A stretch of 64,000 nucleotides of DNA from an uncultured Acidobacteriota bacterium (GTDB lineage: Bacteria > Acidobacteriota > Thermoanaerobaculia > Multivoradales > UBA5704), in assembly GCA_963700145.1 (NCBI GenBank), contig OY969474.1, forward strand, positions 2,496,001-2,560,000, written 5' to 3'. The notes under the pieces are model-generated. The model did not search any database. It was not told the DNA's origin and was given only the letters and a program-made list of their open reading frames with translations. Made by a program: the position numbers and the translations under genes. Shown piece after piece: positions 50,217 to 60,096 of the stretch. Each line of letters starts with the position of its first letter. Position 1 is the first letter of the stretch.

Positions 50217-51128
50217 TCAACGCTCGCGCTCCGCCGCCCCGCGGCGCGCCGCGATCGCCGCCTGACGGACCTTCAAGCTGGGATCTTCCTGCTCGAGGCG
50301 CGCGAAGACCGGCTGCGCCCCGGGGCCGCCGACCGCGGCGAGCGCGCGCACCGCCGAGACCATCGCCTCCTCCTGCTGCTCGGGCGTGATGCCGGGCACC
50401 TGCGCGAGGAGCCGGCGGTCGAGCATCGCCTCGAGCACCGGCACGCCGGCGGCGCTGCCCAGGCGGGCGAGGGCCAGCGCGGCGTTCCAGCGCACGTCGG
50501 CGACCGAGTCCTCGAGGCGCGCGGCGAGGGCCGGGATCGCGGCGCGGTCCCCGAGCTCGCCGAGCGCGAAGGCGGCGGTCTTGCGCACCCCGGGGTCGTC
50601 CGAGGCGAGCGCCGCCTCCAGCGGCTCGCGCGCCGAGGGGTGGCCGAGGGCGCCGAGCGCCCAGATGGCGTAGATGCGGGTCTTGTCGTCCGGGTCGTCG
50701 AGGGCGGAGACGAGGAGCGGCACCGCCGCCGGATCGCGCGTCCGGCCCAGCACCAGCGCCAGGTACTGCCGCATCTCCGGGTCGCGCGTCTCGACGAAGA
50801 GCCGCCGCACCTCGGCCTCGGCCCCCGGCGCGTCGGCGAGCGCGCGCGGGTCGGCGACCAGGATCTTCGACAGCTCGTACGCCGCCTGCACCCGCCGCGG
50901 CTTCCACCAGGACTGGAGGTCGTTCAAGTAGTCGGAGGTGGACTGCCGGTCGTAGGCGATCCAGCCGAAACCGATGAAGACCGCGACGCAGAGGAGGACG
51001 ACGAGGAGCGGGACGACGAAGAGGCCGAGGAAGGAGCGCAGGGCGCTGCTGCCGACCTCTTCAGGGAGGTCCGCCTCCGCCGGCACCTCCGCCGGCTCCT
51101 GTGCCTCGTGCGGCCGGGGCTCTGTCAT
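50217..51128 (-). CDS. Membrane-anchored HEAT-repeat protein
   Basis: One TM, then repeats AVPLLVSALDD..RIYAIWALG, VRKTAAFALG, VRWNAALALA. ATG 51128. Confidence 0.85.
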   Translation of the reverse strand: MTEPRPHEAQEPAEVPAEADLPEEVGSSALRSFLGLFVVPLLVVLLCVAVFIGFGWIAYDRQSTSDYLNDLQSWWKPRRVQAAYELSKILVADPRALADAPGAEAEVRRLFVETRDPEMRQYLALVLGRTRDPAAVPLLVSALDDPDDKTRIYAIWALGALGHPSAREPLEAALASDDPGVRKTAAFALGELGDRAAIPALAARLEDSVADVRWNAALALARLGSAAGVPVLEAMLDRRLLAQVPGITPEQQEEAMVSAVRALAAVGGPGAQPVFARLEQEDPSLKVRQAAIAARRGAAERER

Positions 51129-51401
51129 GGGCGCGCAGCTTAGCGCAGGGTCGCGGTCGGGCGAGCGGCTCAGCGGATCTGGGCGGCGGCCGCGGGCAGG
51201 CCGGCGAGGAGCAGAAGGGGAAGAAAGCAGCAGACGAGCCGACGCCGGAGTCCCAGCGGGTCCATGCGTGGAGCCTGAACCGACGGCGACGCCGGTCCCA
51301 GCCGGGACACACCTCAACAGAGGCGGGGAGAATCACCCAGGTCAGGCCGCGGTCACCAACTGCGCGGCTGGGGCGATCGAATCAGACCTCCCCGATCTTC
51401 G

Positions 51402-54400
51402 CTACCGCCCAGGGAACGCTCCCGTATCCGCGACGCTGGCGAACTGGCCGCTGGCGTTCCGGTATTCCCTCACTTCTCCCGTCCGGGTGTCGGTCACGGT
51501 CAGGGTGTATTCCACGCTCGAGAGAGCGCCGTAGAAGACCCAAAAGTTTCCGTTCAACGGGGTCCCGTCGAGCACCTTCACCAGGACCTCGACGTTCGCC
51601 GCGTCGAAGAACCAAAGGTAGCCGGTGTCGGCGGAGAGCGGCACGGCCGTCCCCTTGCCGGTCTTTCCCGAGAAGTCCTTCCACGCCGCCTCGACCGCGA
51701 AGCGCCCGCCGTTCAGACAGAGGCGCCGCGGTCCCGGCACGCAGGCTTCGGCGGCCGCGGCCGGCGAGGTCCAGCCGCGAACCGGAGTCAGAGTCGCAAG
51801 GGACGCCGTCTGCAGCGGCGCGCGCCACGTCGCGAACGCCCCGGCCGGCCCGAAGCCGGTCGTGTCGCCCACGCTGGCCAGGTGGCCCAGGGGATTGGCG
51901 TACCGTTGGGTCACACCGGTCTGCGTGTCGGTCACGGTGAGCGCGTACTCCACGGTGGTGAGCGCGCCGTAGAACACCCAGAAGTGGCCGTTGAGCCCCC
52001 GGCCGTCGAGGACCTTCACGATGACCTCGGCGTTGGCCGGGTCGAAGAACCAGAAGTAACCGGTATCGCCGGTGAGGCCAACGGCCGTCCCCTCCCCGGT
52101 GTTGGCCTGGAAGTCACGCCAGGAGGCTTCGACTCGGAAGCGCCCGCCCTGAAGGCAGAGGACGTGAGCGGAGGGCTGGCAACCACTGCCACCAATCAGG
52201 GGCAGCGTCCAGAGCTCGCGGCCGACGAGCGCATCGTCGGCGGTGAAGTAGAGCCGTCCGTGGCCCGGGGTCAGCTCCGTCGGGGCCGACGACCTCGGAC
52301 CCGGAGCCACATCGTGCACCATGCGGGTGCCGGCACCGGTCCCGTCGCTCTCCCACAGCTCGATGCCGTGGACGTTGTCCTGGGCGGTGAAGAAGACCTT
52401 CCCGCCGGCGACGGTGAGCCCGCTGACGCCGGCCGAGAACGGGCCGCGAGCGATGTCTCGCACCAGCCGGGTCCCCGCCGAGGTCCCGTCGGTGGCCCAC
52501 AGCTCGAGGCCGTGCTCGCCGTCGTCGGCGGTGAACAGGACCAGGCCGCCGGCGGACACGAGCCGCAGGGTCCTGCCGAGCGGGTGCTTGCCGAACGTGC
52601 GCAAACGGACCGCCGTATCGCCGTCGACCCGCCAGAGAGCCAGGTTCGTCTTGGCAAAGCCGTTGTCGTCGTACTCCTCGGCGAGGAGAACCAGCGATCC
52701 GTCGTGCGCGATCACGTCGGCGACGTGAAACGGCTCCGTCGCGAGCGGGACCTCGTGTGTCCCGGCGGTGGTGCCGTCGGTGCGCCACAGCCGGCTGAAC
52801 TCGAAGTTCACGCCACGGGAAGAGACGAAGTAGTCCACCCCCCCGAGATGGACGAACCGGTTCCTGAGGCCCTCGTACGGCGGCAAGACGAGGATCCCAC
52901 GGGTCCCCGCAGCGGTGCCGTCGCTCGTCCACAGCCGGATGATCCCGTTCGGGGCGTCGTACAACCTGATGTAAAGCCGCCCTCCGGCGGCGGCCACGAA
53001 ACCGACTGTCCAGTCCTCCGGGAAGGTCAGGACCGAGACGGTGCCCGCCGTCGTGCCGTCGGTCCTCCAGAGCTCCGCGACTCCGTCGCGGAAGACGTCG
53101 AAGTAGAGGTGCGAGCCGAGGGCTGCGGCGGTCACCGAGGCCTCGCCGTAGGTGTCGGTGGTGTCGGCGACGCGCAAGGCGCCGTCGTCCGTGACCCGCC
53201 AGAGCGTGGATTGGTCGTCGAAGAAGTAGACCACCCCTCCGGCGGCGACGGCCGCTTCCATGGAGGAGACCTCGCGGGAGGTCAGGCGCGTCGTCGCGGC
53301 GGAGCCCGCGCTCCGCCAGAGCCCAGACTCCGAACCGCTGCCGACCACGAAGTGGAGCACGTCACCCTGCGCGAAAAGGCCCTGGAGGTCCGAGCCGGAG
53401 CCGAGGCCGGAACCGAAAGTCAGGGGCACGACCTCCCCGTTCTCCAGCAGCCCCAGCCTGCCGAAGGAGGAATCGCCCAGCTTCAGGTAGGTCTTGCCGC
53501 CCACCGCGGTGATCTGCGGACGGAGGATGTCGTACCACTGGAGCGGCTGGCGCGTCAGGCGCCGGGTCCCCGCCGCCGTGCCGTCCGATCGCCAGACATG
53601 GTTCTGCGCCGTCAGATAGACGCCACCGTCCGCCGCGGGAATGAACGCTGGGTCCGAGTCGCAGGAGCCGGGGCAGAGGTCGCGGAGCAGTCGCGTGCCC
53701 TTGGGCGTGCCGTCGGTGGTCCAGAGCTCGATGCCGTGGGCATCATCTACGGCGATGAAGAGGACCGCGTTGCCGACGCGGGCCGTCCGGTACGGGCCGT
53801 TCTCAAGGTTGCACTCCCGCGGACAGGGCTGCGACAGTTTGGTCGTGGACTCCGGCCGGCCGTCGGTCGTCCAGAGCTGGAGCGTGTCGGGCAGCCCGTC
53901 CGTGGCCCCGAACACCACCCGCTCCCCGATCTCCTGGAGGGTAGCGGGCAGGAAACCGTCCTTGAACGGGAAGTAGTAGCCGAACTCCGTGATCCGCCGC
54001 GTGCCCCCGGGAGTGCCGTCGCTCGCCCACAGCTCGTTGCCGTGCTCGATGTCGTCGGCCACGAAGTAGAGGCGGCGTCCGGTGGCCACGAAGGTCCCCT
54101 GGTGGCCGAAGGGGTCGCGGTTGGCGAACCGCGTCAGCGCGCGGGTGCCGGCGGCCGTGCCGTCGCTGCTCCAAAGCTCGTCGCCCTCGCTCGTCGTGGA
54201 GACGACCATCAGCAGCCGGCCCTGGACGACGAACGTCGGCCCGATCTCGCCCACCTGCGCCACGCGAGCCGGCGTCTCGCTGCCGGGGTCGAGCCGCCAC
54301 AGCTCGTTCGCCGTCGCCAGGAGCACTCGCCCGCCCGCGAGCGCCATCTGACGGAACGGGAGATCCAGGACCTCGCGCGTCCCGGCCGGGGTGCCGTCGG

Positions 54401-54887
54401 TCCGCCACAGAGCGCATCCCGGGAGCCCCTCGCAACGCAGGAAGAAAAGCACCTCGCCGCGCACCGCCCAGCGATTGCCGGCAGCGCTGAACAAAACGTC
54501 GCCGATGAGCGGGAACGTCCCCGCGCGCGTGCCGTCGGAGCGCCAGAGCGCCGACGGATCGCCCATCATCCAGAACGACAGGTCCCGGGTTGCACCGACG
54601 AGCAGCGGGCTGCTGTTGCATTTCCCGGGGCACGTTGCGAGCACCTCGGTGCCGCCAACCGTCCCGTCGCTCGTCCAGAGCTCGTATCCGCGCTCGTCGT
54701 CGTATGCCGCGAAGTACAGCCGGCCGGTGGCGACGGCGAGCTGCACCGGGTTGACCGGGCTCGTCGTGTCCCCGCCCTGGGGAGTGATGTCGCGGACGAG
54801 GGAAGCGACCGCGGCCTGCGCCGGCTGGGCGGCGGCCAGCAGCGCCAGCAAGCTCAGGGCATGGAGACAGGCCTTGGTGCTCGGCAT
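51402..54887 (-). CDS. Secreted ELWxxDGT-repeat protein with two C-terminal GYFWFF/KVLDG domains
   Basis: Signal peptide; many ELW(T/A/S)(S/T)DGT..GT repeats; tandem CLxGGRF...GYxWFF..NxE..VKVLDG..FWVFYGAL. Confidence 0.92.
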   Translation of the reverse strand: MPSTKACLHALSLLALLAAAQPAQAAVASLVRDITPQGGDTTSPVNPVQLAVATGRLYFAAYDDERGYELWTSDGTVGGTEVLATCPGKCNSSPLLVGATRDLSFWMMGDPSALWRSDGTRAGTFPLIGDVLFSAAGNRWAVRGEVLFFLRCEGLPGCALWRTDGTPAGTREVLDLPFRQMALAGGRVLLATANELWRLDPGSETPARVAQVGEIGPTFVVQGRLLMVVSTTSEGDELWSSDGTAAGTRALTRFANRDPFGHQGTFVATGRRLYFVADDIEHGNELWASDGTPGGTRRITEFGYYFPFKDGFLPATLQEIGERVVFGATDGLPDTLQLWTTDGRPESTTKLSQPCPRECNLENGPYRTARVGNAVLFIAVDDAHGIELWTTDGTPKGTRLLRDLCPGSCDSDPAFIPAADGGVYLTAQNHVWRSDGTAAGTRRLTRQPLQWYDILRPQITAVGGKTYLKLGDSSFGRLGLLENGEVVPLTFGSGLGSGSDLQGLFAQGDVLHFVVGSGSESGLWRSAGSAATTRLTSREVSSMEAAVAAGGVVYFFDDQSTLWRVTDDGALRVADTTDTYGEASVTAAALGSHLYFDVFRDGVAELWRTDGTTAGTVSVLTFPEDWTVGFVAAAGGRLYIRLYDAPNGIIRLWTSDGTAAGTRGILVLPPYEGLRNRFVHLGGVDYFVSSRGVNFEFSRLWRTDGTTAGTHEVPLATEPFHVADVIAHDGSLVLLAEEYDDNGFAKTNLALWRVDGDTAVRLRTFGKHPLGRTLRLVSAGGLVLFTADDGEHGLELWATDGTSAGTRLVRDIARGPFSAGVSGLTVAGGKVFFTAQDNVHGIELWESDGTGAGTRMVHDVAPGPRSSAPTELTPGHGRLYFTADDALVGRELWTLPLIGGSGCQPSAHVLCLQGGRFRVEASWRDFQANTGEGTAVGLTGDTGYFWFFDPANAEVIVKVLDGRGLNGHFWVFYGALTTVEYALTVTDTQTGVTQRYANPLGHLASVGDTTGFGPAGAFATWRAPLQTASLATLTPVRGWTSPAAAAEACVPGPRRLCLNGGRFAVEAAWKDFSGKTGKGTAVPLSADTGYLWFFDAANVEVLVKVLDGTPLNGNFWVFYGALSSVEYTLTVTDTRTGEVREYRNASGQFASVADTGAFPGR

Positions 54888-54900
54888 CGCCGGATCTCTC

Positions 54901-57900
54901 TCAGAACGCGGCGGTGTCGCCGACGCTGGCGAACCGACCGCTGGGGTTTGCGTACTCCCTCACCGCACCGGTCCGGGTGTCCGTGACCTTGAGCGTGTAT
55001 TCGACGTTCGACAGGGCGCCGTAGAAGACCCAGAACTTGCCGTTCAGCGGCGTGCCGTCCAGCACCTTGACCGCCAGCTCCACGTTGGCGGGAGCGAAAA
55101 ACCAGAAGTAGCCGGTGTCCCCGGTGAACGGCACCGCGGTTCCCCGGCCGGTCTTCCCCGCGAAGTCCTTCCACGAGACCTCGACGGCGAAGCGGCCGCC
55201 GTTGAGGCAGAGGCGCTCGGGCTCGGGCACACAGGTTCCGGCCGCCGCCGCGGCGGAGGTCCAGGCGCGGACCAGGGCCGGCGGGGATGGCGGGGCGGTG
55301 AACAGGTCCGGCTGCGCCGACCGGGCGCCGCGCGGACCGAAGGCCTGGGTGTCGCCGGCGCTGGCGAGCTGGCCGGCGGGGTTGGAGTACCGCCGCGTCA
55401 GCCCGCTCTCGGTGTCGGTGACGGTCAGGCCGTACTCGACGCTCGACAGGGCGCCGTAGAACACCCAGAAGTGCCCGTTGAGGCCGCGGCCGTCGAGCAC
55501 CTTGAGCAAGACCTCCACGTTGGCGGGATCGAAGAACCAGAAGGTCCCGGTGTCGGCGCTCAGGGGGACCGCCCTGCCGACACCGCCCTCGCCCTGGAAG
55601 TCGCGCCAGCGGGCCTCGACGCGGAACCGCCCCCCCTGCAGACAGAGCGCCGTGGCCGACGGCTGGCAGCCCTGCGGCTCGGCCGGCCGGACGATCCACA
55701 GCTCCCGCCCGCTGACGCTGTCGTCCGCCGAGAAGAAGATCTTGTCGCCCACGACCGTGAGCTGCTCGGGAGAGGAGGACAGCGCCTCGGGCGCGATGTC
55801 CTGGACCAGCCGGGTTCCCGCCGCCGTGCCGTCGGTGCGCCAAAGCTCGCGGCCGTGCACCGGGTCGTAGGCGGCGAACCAGAGCGCGCCTCCCGCCGCG
55901 ACGAGTTCGGACGGCGCCGAGCTGGAGGAACCGGGAGAGATGTCGGCGACGAGCGAGGTCCCGGCCGGTGTGCCGTCGCTGACCCAGAGCTCGGCGCCGT
56001 GAGCCGCGTCGGCGGCGACGAAGAAGAGCTTCGCGCCGACCGCGACCGGTCCGGGGAGGGGACGGTCGTCATCGTAGGGCAAGTGCCTCCACGTGAAATC
56101 AACCAGGGCGGCGGTCCCGGCCTCCGTGCCGTTCGTGCGGTAGAAGGTCCAGTCGGCGAAGCCCTGCGTACCGTAGAGGTAGAAGGCGCCATCGTGTGCG
56201 GTGAGCCGGTGGGCGGACTCGAACAGGGGCTTGCCCCCGCTGCGGGTCAGCGGCACCGTGCCGAGGGCCGAGCCGTCGGTCCGCCAGAGCTCGCCCAGGT
56301 TGATCAGAGTCGTCGAGCCGGCCCGCGCGACCTCGAGGCGCCCGAAAGGGGGACGGGCGAGCAGGGGGATCGTGCCGGCGGGCGTGCCGTCACTGCGCCA
56401 GATGTAGGGGTCTTCACCGGACCGCGCCGCATGAACATAAACGTCGATCCCGTCGGAGACGACGAAGGGCACGGGGGGCGAGACCGCGTAGGAGACTGCG
56501 TACAGCGGGCTTCCCGCGTTGTCGACGAGGCGGGCCGTGCCGGCGGGGGTACCGTCGCTCGTCCAGACCTCCTCGCCTTCCTGCCCCACCGAGAACCAAA
56601 CCTTCCCCCGATGCTCGAGCAGCGCCAGCTCGCGCGGCACCTCCTCCGCCAGGAGCACGCCGCCCGCCGTGGCGGGATCTGCCCGCCGCAATTGCCGGTC
56701 AGAGAAGTCACAGAGGAAGACGAGGGACGATCCCGCAGACGTGAGCTGGGAGGGCGACGGGCAGTCCGGGTCCATCCGGAGGAAGGGGGAAGTGTCCTCG
56801 GCCGATCCCTCGCTGGACCAAATCGATCGCTCGGGGCTGGCGCCGCCGTCGACGGCGGTGAAGAACAATTTCCCCTGGTGAGCGATCAGATCCCACGGCC
56901 GTGCCGAGCCGTTCCGTAGGCCGGTGCCGAGGATCCGGCGGGCATCGTCACCGGCCTCCATGAGCCAGAGATCCTGCCCGCTGGTGAAGTAGACCCTGCG
57001 CTCGCCGCCCGTCACCGCGATCTGGCGGATGGCGGACGACGAGGAGAAGAGCCGATCCGTCCCCTTGACCGTGCCGTCGCTGCGCCAGATCGACCACCTG
57101 GAACCGGCGATCTCCGACGCCGCGAAGTAGACCCGGCTGCCGGCCACGCGGAGGACGATATTGTCCCAGTACGTGTCAGGCCCACACGTCCGCGCGGTCA
57201 GGCCGTCGACGATCCGCGTACCGGTCGTCCGTCCGTCGAAGCTCCAGACTTCGCAGTCTTCGTCGGCGGCGTCATAGCGGAAGGCGAACACCCGGTTACC
57301 AGCCCGGAAGAGGCGGGAGCCGAGGGAAGACTCGCTGATCGCGCGGGTGCTGCCGGGCGTACCGGTGGACGTCCACAGGCGCGGGCCGGTGAGATGGTCG
57401 TCCGCCGCGAACAGCAGGCGCCCGTCGATCTCGAACGCCCAGCCTTCGGGTCCGTCGTCGAAGGCGAAGAGATAGAAGGGCGCGAAATAGCCGAACTCGG
57501 TGAGCCGGCGCGTACCGCCGGCCGTGCCGTCGCTGCGCCAGATCTCGTGGCCATGGACAATGTCGTCGGCGATGAAGTAGAGGCCGGTCGGGCCGGTGCT
57601 CAGCCAGGTCTTCAAACTGCCGGCGAACGACGCCACGGATCGGGTGCCGCCGGCGGTTCCATCGCTGACCCAGAGATCCTGCGTCGCATCGGCCTTCACG
57701 GAGAAGAAGAGCAGATTCCCCCAGACGGTCCACATCTCGAAGCGACCCTCCGGAAGCTCCACGACCCGACGCGCCCCGCCGGCATCCGCCATCCAGAGCT
57801 GCGCTCTGGAGCCCCGCGAAAAGGCGGCGACGTAGTAAAGCCGATCCTTGCCGGCCACCAGGTCGGAGGCGCGGTCGAGCGTCGGATCTGGCGTGACGAG

Positions 57901-58437
57901 CGGCACCGGGGCGGTGCCTTCCGGTGTGCCGTCGGTGCTCCAGAGAACGCACCTCGGCTCGGGTTCGCGGCACCCCGGGAAATAGAGGCGGTTGCCGACG
58001 ATGACGGTGTTGGTCGCCTCGTAGCCAATGGCGAGATCGGGGTCGGTGAGTAGGAGTGTTCCGGCCGGACTGCCATCGGTGCTCCAGATCTGGCCTTCCC
58101 GCCAGAGAAGACGCCCGCCGAGCGTCCCGAGAACCTCCGTTCGCGAGTTGTCGCAGGAGCCCTGGCAGAGGTCGGCGAGCATCCGGGTCCCGGGGACGGT
58201 GCCGTCGGTCGCCCACGGCTCACTTCCCGAGGTGGCGTCGAAGGCCTTGAAGAAGAGGCCTTGCGCCAAGGGATAGATGGGGTACGGCGCACCCGAGGGG
58301 TCCATGACCTCCTGCGTCTCGATGTCCTCGACCAGCGAGGCGGTCTGGGCGCCGGCTCCGAGAGGTGAGACCAAGGACGAAACGAAGACCGACAGAAGGA
58401 TCAGCGGTCGCAGCGGCACCGTCGTGCGGACTTCCAT
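54901..58437 (-). CDS. Secreted ELWxxDGT-repeat protein (paralogue) with two C-terminal GYFWFF/KVLDG domains
   Basis: Same architecture: EPWATDGT, ELWVSDGT, ELWRTDGT; C-terminal domain pair. Confidence 0.92.
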   Translation of the reverse strand: MEVRTTVPLRPLILLSVFVSSLVSPLGAGAQTASLVEDIETQEVMDPSGAPYPIYPLAQGLFFKAFDATSGSEPWATDGTVPGTRMLADLCQGSCDNSRTEVLGTLGGRLLWREGQIWSTDGSPAGTLLLTDPDLAIGYEATNTVIVGNRLYFPGCREPEPRCVLWSTDGTPEGTAPVPLVTPDPTLDRASDLVAGKDRLYYVAAFSRGSRAQLWMADAGGARRVVELPEGRFEMWTVWGNLLFFSVKADATQDLWVSDGTAGGTRSVASFAGSLKTWLSTGPTGLYFIADDIVHGHEIWRSDGTAGGTRRLTEFGYFAPFYLFAFDDGPEGWAFEIDGRLLFAADDHLTGPRLWTSTGTPGSTRAISESSLGSRLFRAGNRVFAFRYDAADEDCEVWSFDGRTTGTRIVDGLTARTCGPDTYWDNIVLRVAGSRVYFAASEIAGSRWSIWRSDGTVKGTDRLFSSSSAIRQIAVTGGERRVYFTSGQDLWLMEAGDDARRILGTGLRNGSARPWDLIAHQGKLFFTAVDGGASPERSIWSSEGSAEDTSPFLRMDPDCPSPSQLTSAGSSLVFLCDFSDRQLRRADPATAGGVLLAEEVPRELALLEHRGKVWFSVGQEGEEVWTSDGTPAGTARLVDNAGSPLYAVSYAVSPPVPFVVSDGIDVYVHAARSGEDPYIWRSDGTPAGTIPLLARPPFGRLEVARAGSTTLINLGELWRTDGSALGTVPLTRSGGKPLFESAHRLTAHDGAFYLYGTQGFADWTFYRTNGTEAGTAALVDFTWRHLPYDDDRPLPGPVAVGAKLFFVAADAAHGAELWVSDGTPAGTSLVADISPGSSSSAPSELVAAGGALWFAAYDPVHGRELWRTDGTAAGTRLVQDIAPEALSSSPEQLTVVGDKIFFSADDSVSGRELWIVRPAEPQGCQPSATALCLQGGRFRVEARWRDFQGEGGVGRAVPLSADTGTFWFFDPANVEVLLKVLDGRGLNGHFWVFYGALSSVEYGLTVTDTESGLTRRYSNPAGQLASAGDTQAFGPRGARSAQPDLFTAPPSPPALVRAWTSAAAAAGTCVPEPERLCLNGGRFAVEVSWKDFAGKTGRGTAVPFTGDTGYFWFFAPANVELAVKVLDGTPLNGKFWVFYGALSNVEYTLKVTDTRTGAVREYANPSGRFASVGDTAAF

Positions 58438-58486
58438 GGATTTCTCTCCGGGATGTTGATTCTTGTGCGCAAGTACCTAAATCGTA

Positions 58487-60007
58487 TCACCCCCCTAGAC
58501 CCTCGACGCAGAGGAAGGGCCGCTCCGGCGACGAGTCGTCGCATGCGGCGAGGTTGGGCGCCCAGGCCGCAGGGTCGGGCGTGAGCACCGTGCCCTGCCA
58601 CTCCCCATCGCTGCCCCGGTCGAGCTCCAGGAAGCCGAACTGGCTCACCGAGAAGCCGCTCGCCTCGGCGCCGTCGACGGTCTGTTGGAAGCTACCCTGC
58701 GGCGGCCCGGGGTCCTCCTGGACGCCGCTGTTGCCGACGACGAGAGTTTGCGGCCTGCCGGCGGCGGGCGCGAAGGACAGCGACTCGAAGCGGTGCATGT
58801 GGCCGGCGAGGAGGAGGTCCAGCTTGGGCAGCAGGTCGGCGCCGGGGCCCGCCGCGAGCGCGCACTGCAGGGTGACGTTGAGGACCCCGTAGGGAGGCGC
58901 CGGGCCGCTCACGGGCTGGCCGTCGCAGCCGTAGAGAGGGCCGTCGGCGGCGTCCTCCACCCCCCAGACCGGGCGGTGACCGATCAGCCAGGCCGGCCGG
59001 TGGTCGAGGCGGGCGGCGACGGCGGCCAGTTGCTCTGCGTAGGTGTCGGTGAAGTTGGGCAGCTCGTCGCAGGCGTTGGCCGAGTCGAGCACGGCGACCG
59101 TCACGCCCCCAAGAGCGACCACCCGCGGCGGCACGAAGACGAGGTGCGGCAGGGCCGGTCCCTCGCTGTCCTGCGACGGGCAGGCGAGCTGCGTGCCGCC
59201 GCCCGCGGGGAGCTGCGAGCTGGCGTCGAGGAAGTAGAACCAGCCCGGCCCGGCGTGGCTGCACAGCTCGTGGTTGCCGCGGGCGAACACCCACGGCGCC
59301 GCCGCCAGCAGCTCCGCCGCCGGTTGGAAGAAGTCCAGCCACCACGCCTGCCAGGCGTCGGCGTCCGGATTGCCGGTGCTGTTCTGGCTGTAGTAAGGCC
59401 CCGGCACCTCGCACTGCTCCGACGGCTCGGCGCCGTCGCCGGCGTCGTAGTACCACTGCTTGACCTGCTTGCCGTCCACCGTCTGCTCGAAGCTCGACGG
59501 CGTGCCGCGGTAGTTGTAGTCCCCGACGTGGAGGACGAGGTCCGGCTTGCGGGCGGCGGCGGCCTGGGCGATGGTCTGGAACGGCCACGCCGGATCGTCG
59601 AGGCCGCAGCCGGACTGGTTCTTCGGCTGGCACCCCGTGTCCCCCACGACGGACACCCGCCGCACCTCCCGCCGCGCTACTGGCAACGCCGCCCCGCCCT
59701 CGCCCACGGTGAGCGCCCGCTCGAACGGCACCACCGCCTCGCAGACGTCCACCGTGAAGCCGTGCGGGTTGAGCCGCTTGCTCATGGCGATAGGGGCGCC
59801 GCCACCGATCAGCTCGGGGCAGGGCTGCCCGGAGTTCAGGATCACTCGCGCGAAGACCACGGCCTCCCCGCCGGGCGCCTCGCCCAGCAGCACGTAAGCC
59901 GCCAGCGACGCCGGCGCGGGCGGCAGGGGCGTCGACCCCGTCGTGGCACACCCGGCGGCGGCAAGGAGAAGGAACAGCCCGAACCCACAGCGAAGCGAAG
60001 CCCTCAT
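58487..60007 (-). CDS. Calcineurin-like metallophosphoesterase lipoprotein
   Basis: Lipobox AAAGC; GDTG, HVGDYNYR, RGNHE, GHRP, AGHMH. Confidence 0.88.
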   Translation of the reverse strand: MRASLRCGFGLFLLLAAAGCATTGSTPLPPAPASLAAYVLLGEAPGGEAVVFARVILNSGQPCPELIGGGAPIAMSKRLNPHGFTVDVCEAVVPFERALTVGEGGAALPVARREVRRVSVVGDTGCQPKNQSGCGLDDPAWPFQTIAQAAAARKPDLVLHVGDYNYRGTPSSFEQTVDGKQVKQWYYDAGDGAEPSEQCEVPGPYYSQNSTGNPDADAWQAWWLDFFQPAAELLAAAPWVFARGNHELCSHAGPGWFYFLDASSQLPAGGGTQLACPSQDSEGPALPHLVFVPPRVVALGGVTVAVLDSANACDELPNFTDTYAEQLAAVAARLDHRPAWLIGHRPVWGVEDAADGPLYGCDGQPVSGPAPPYGVLNVTLQCALAAGPGADLLPKLDLLLAGHMHRFESLSFAPAAGRPQTLVVGNSGVQEDPGPPQGSFQQTVDGAEASGFSVSQFGFLELDRGSDGEWQGTVLTPDPAAWAPNLAACDDSSPERPFLCVEGLGG

Positions 60008-60096
60008 CGCAACTCCTTCGCGAATTGCAGCGAATTGAAGACAGCACTCTAGCAGGCCGGCGCGTGAGCCTCTGCCGCCTGCGGTACCATCAGGGC

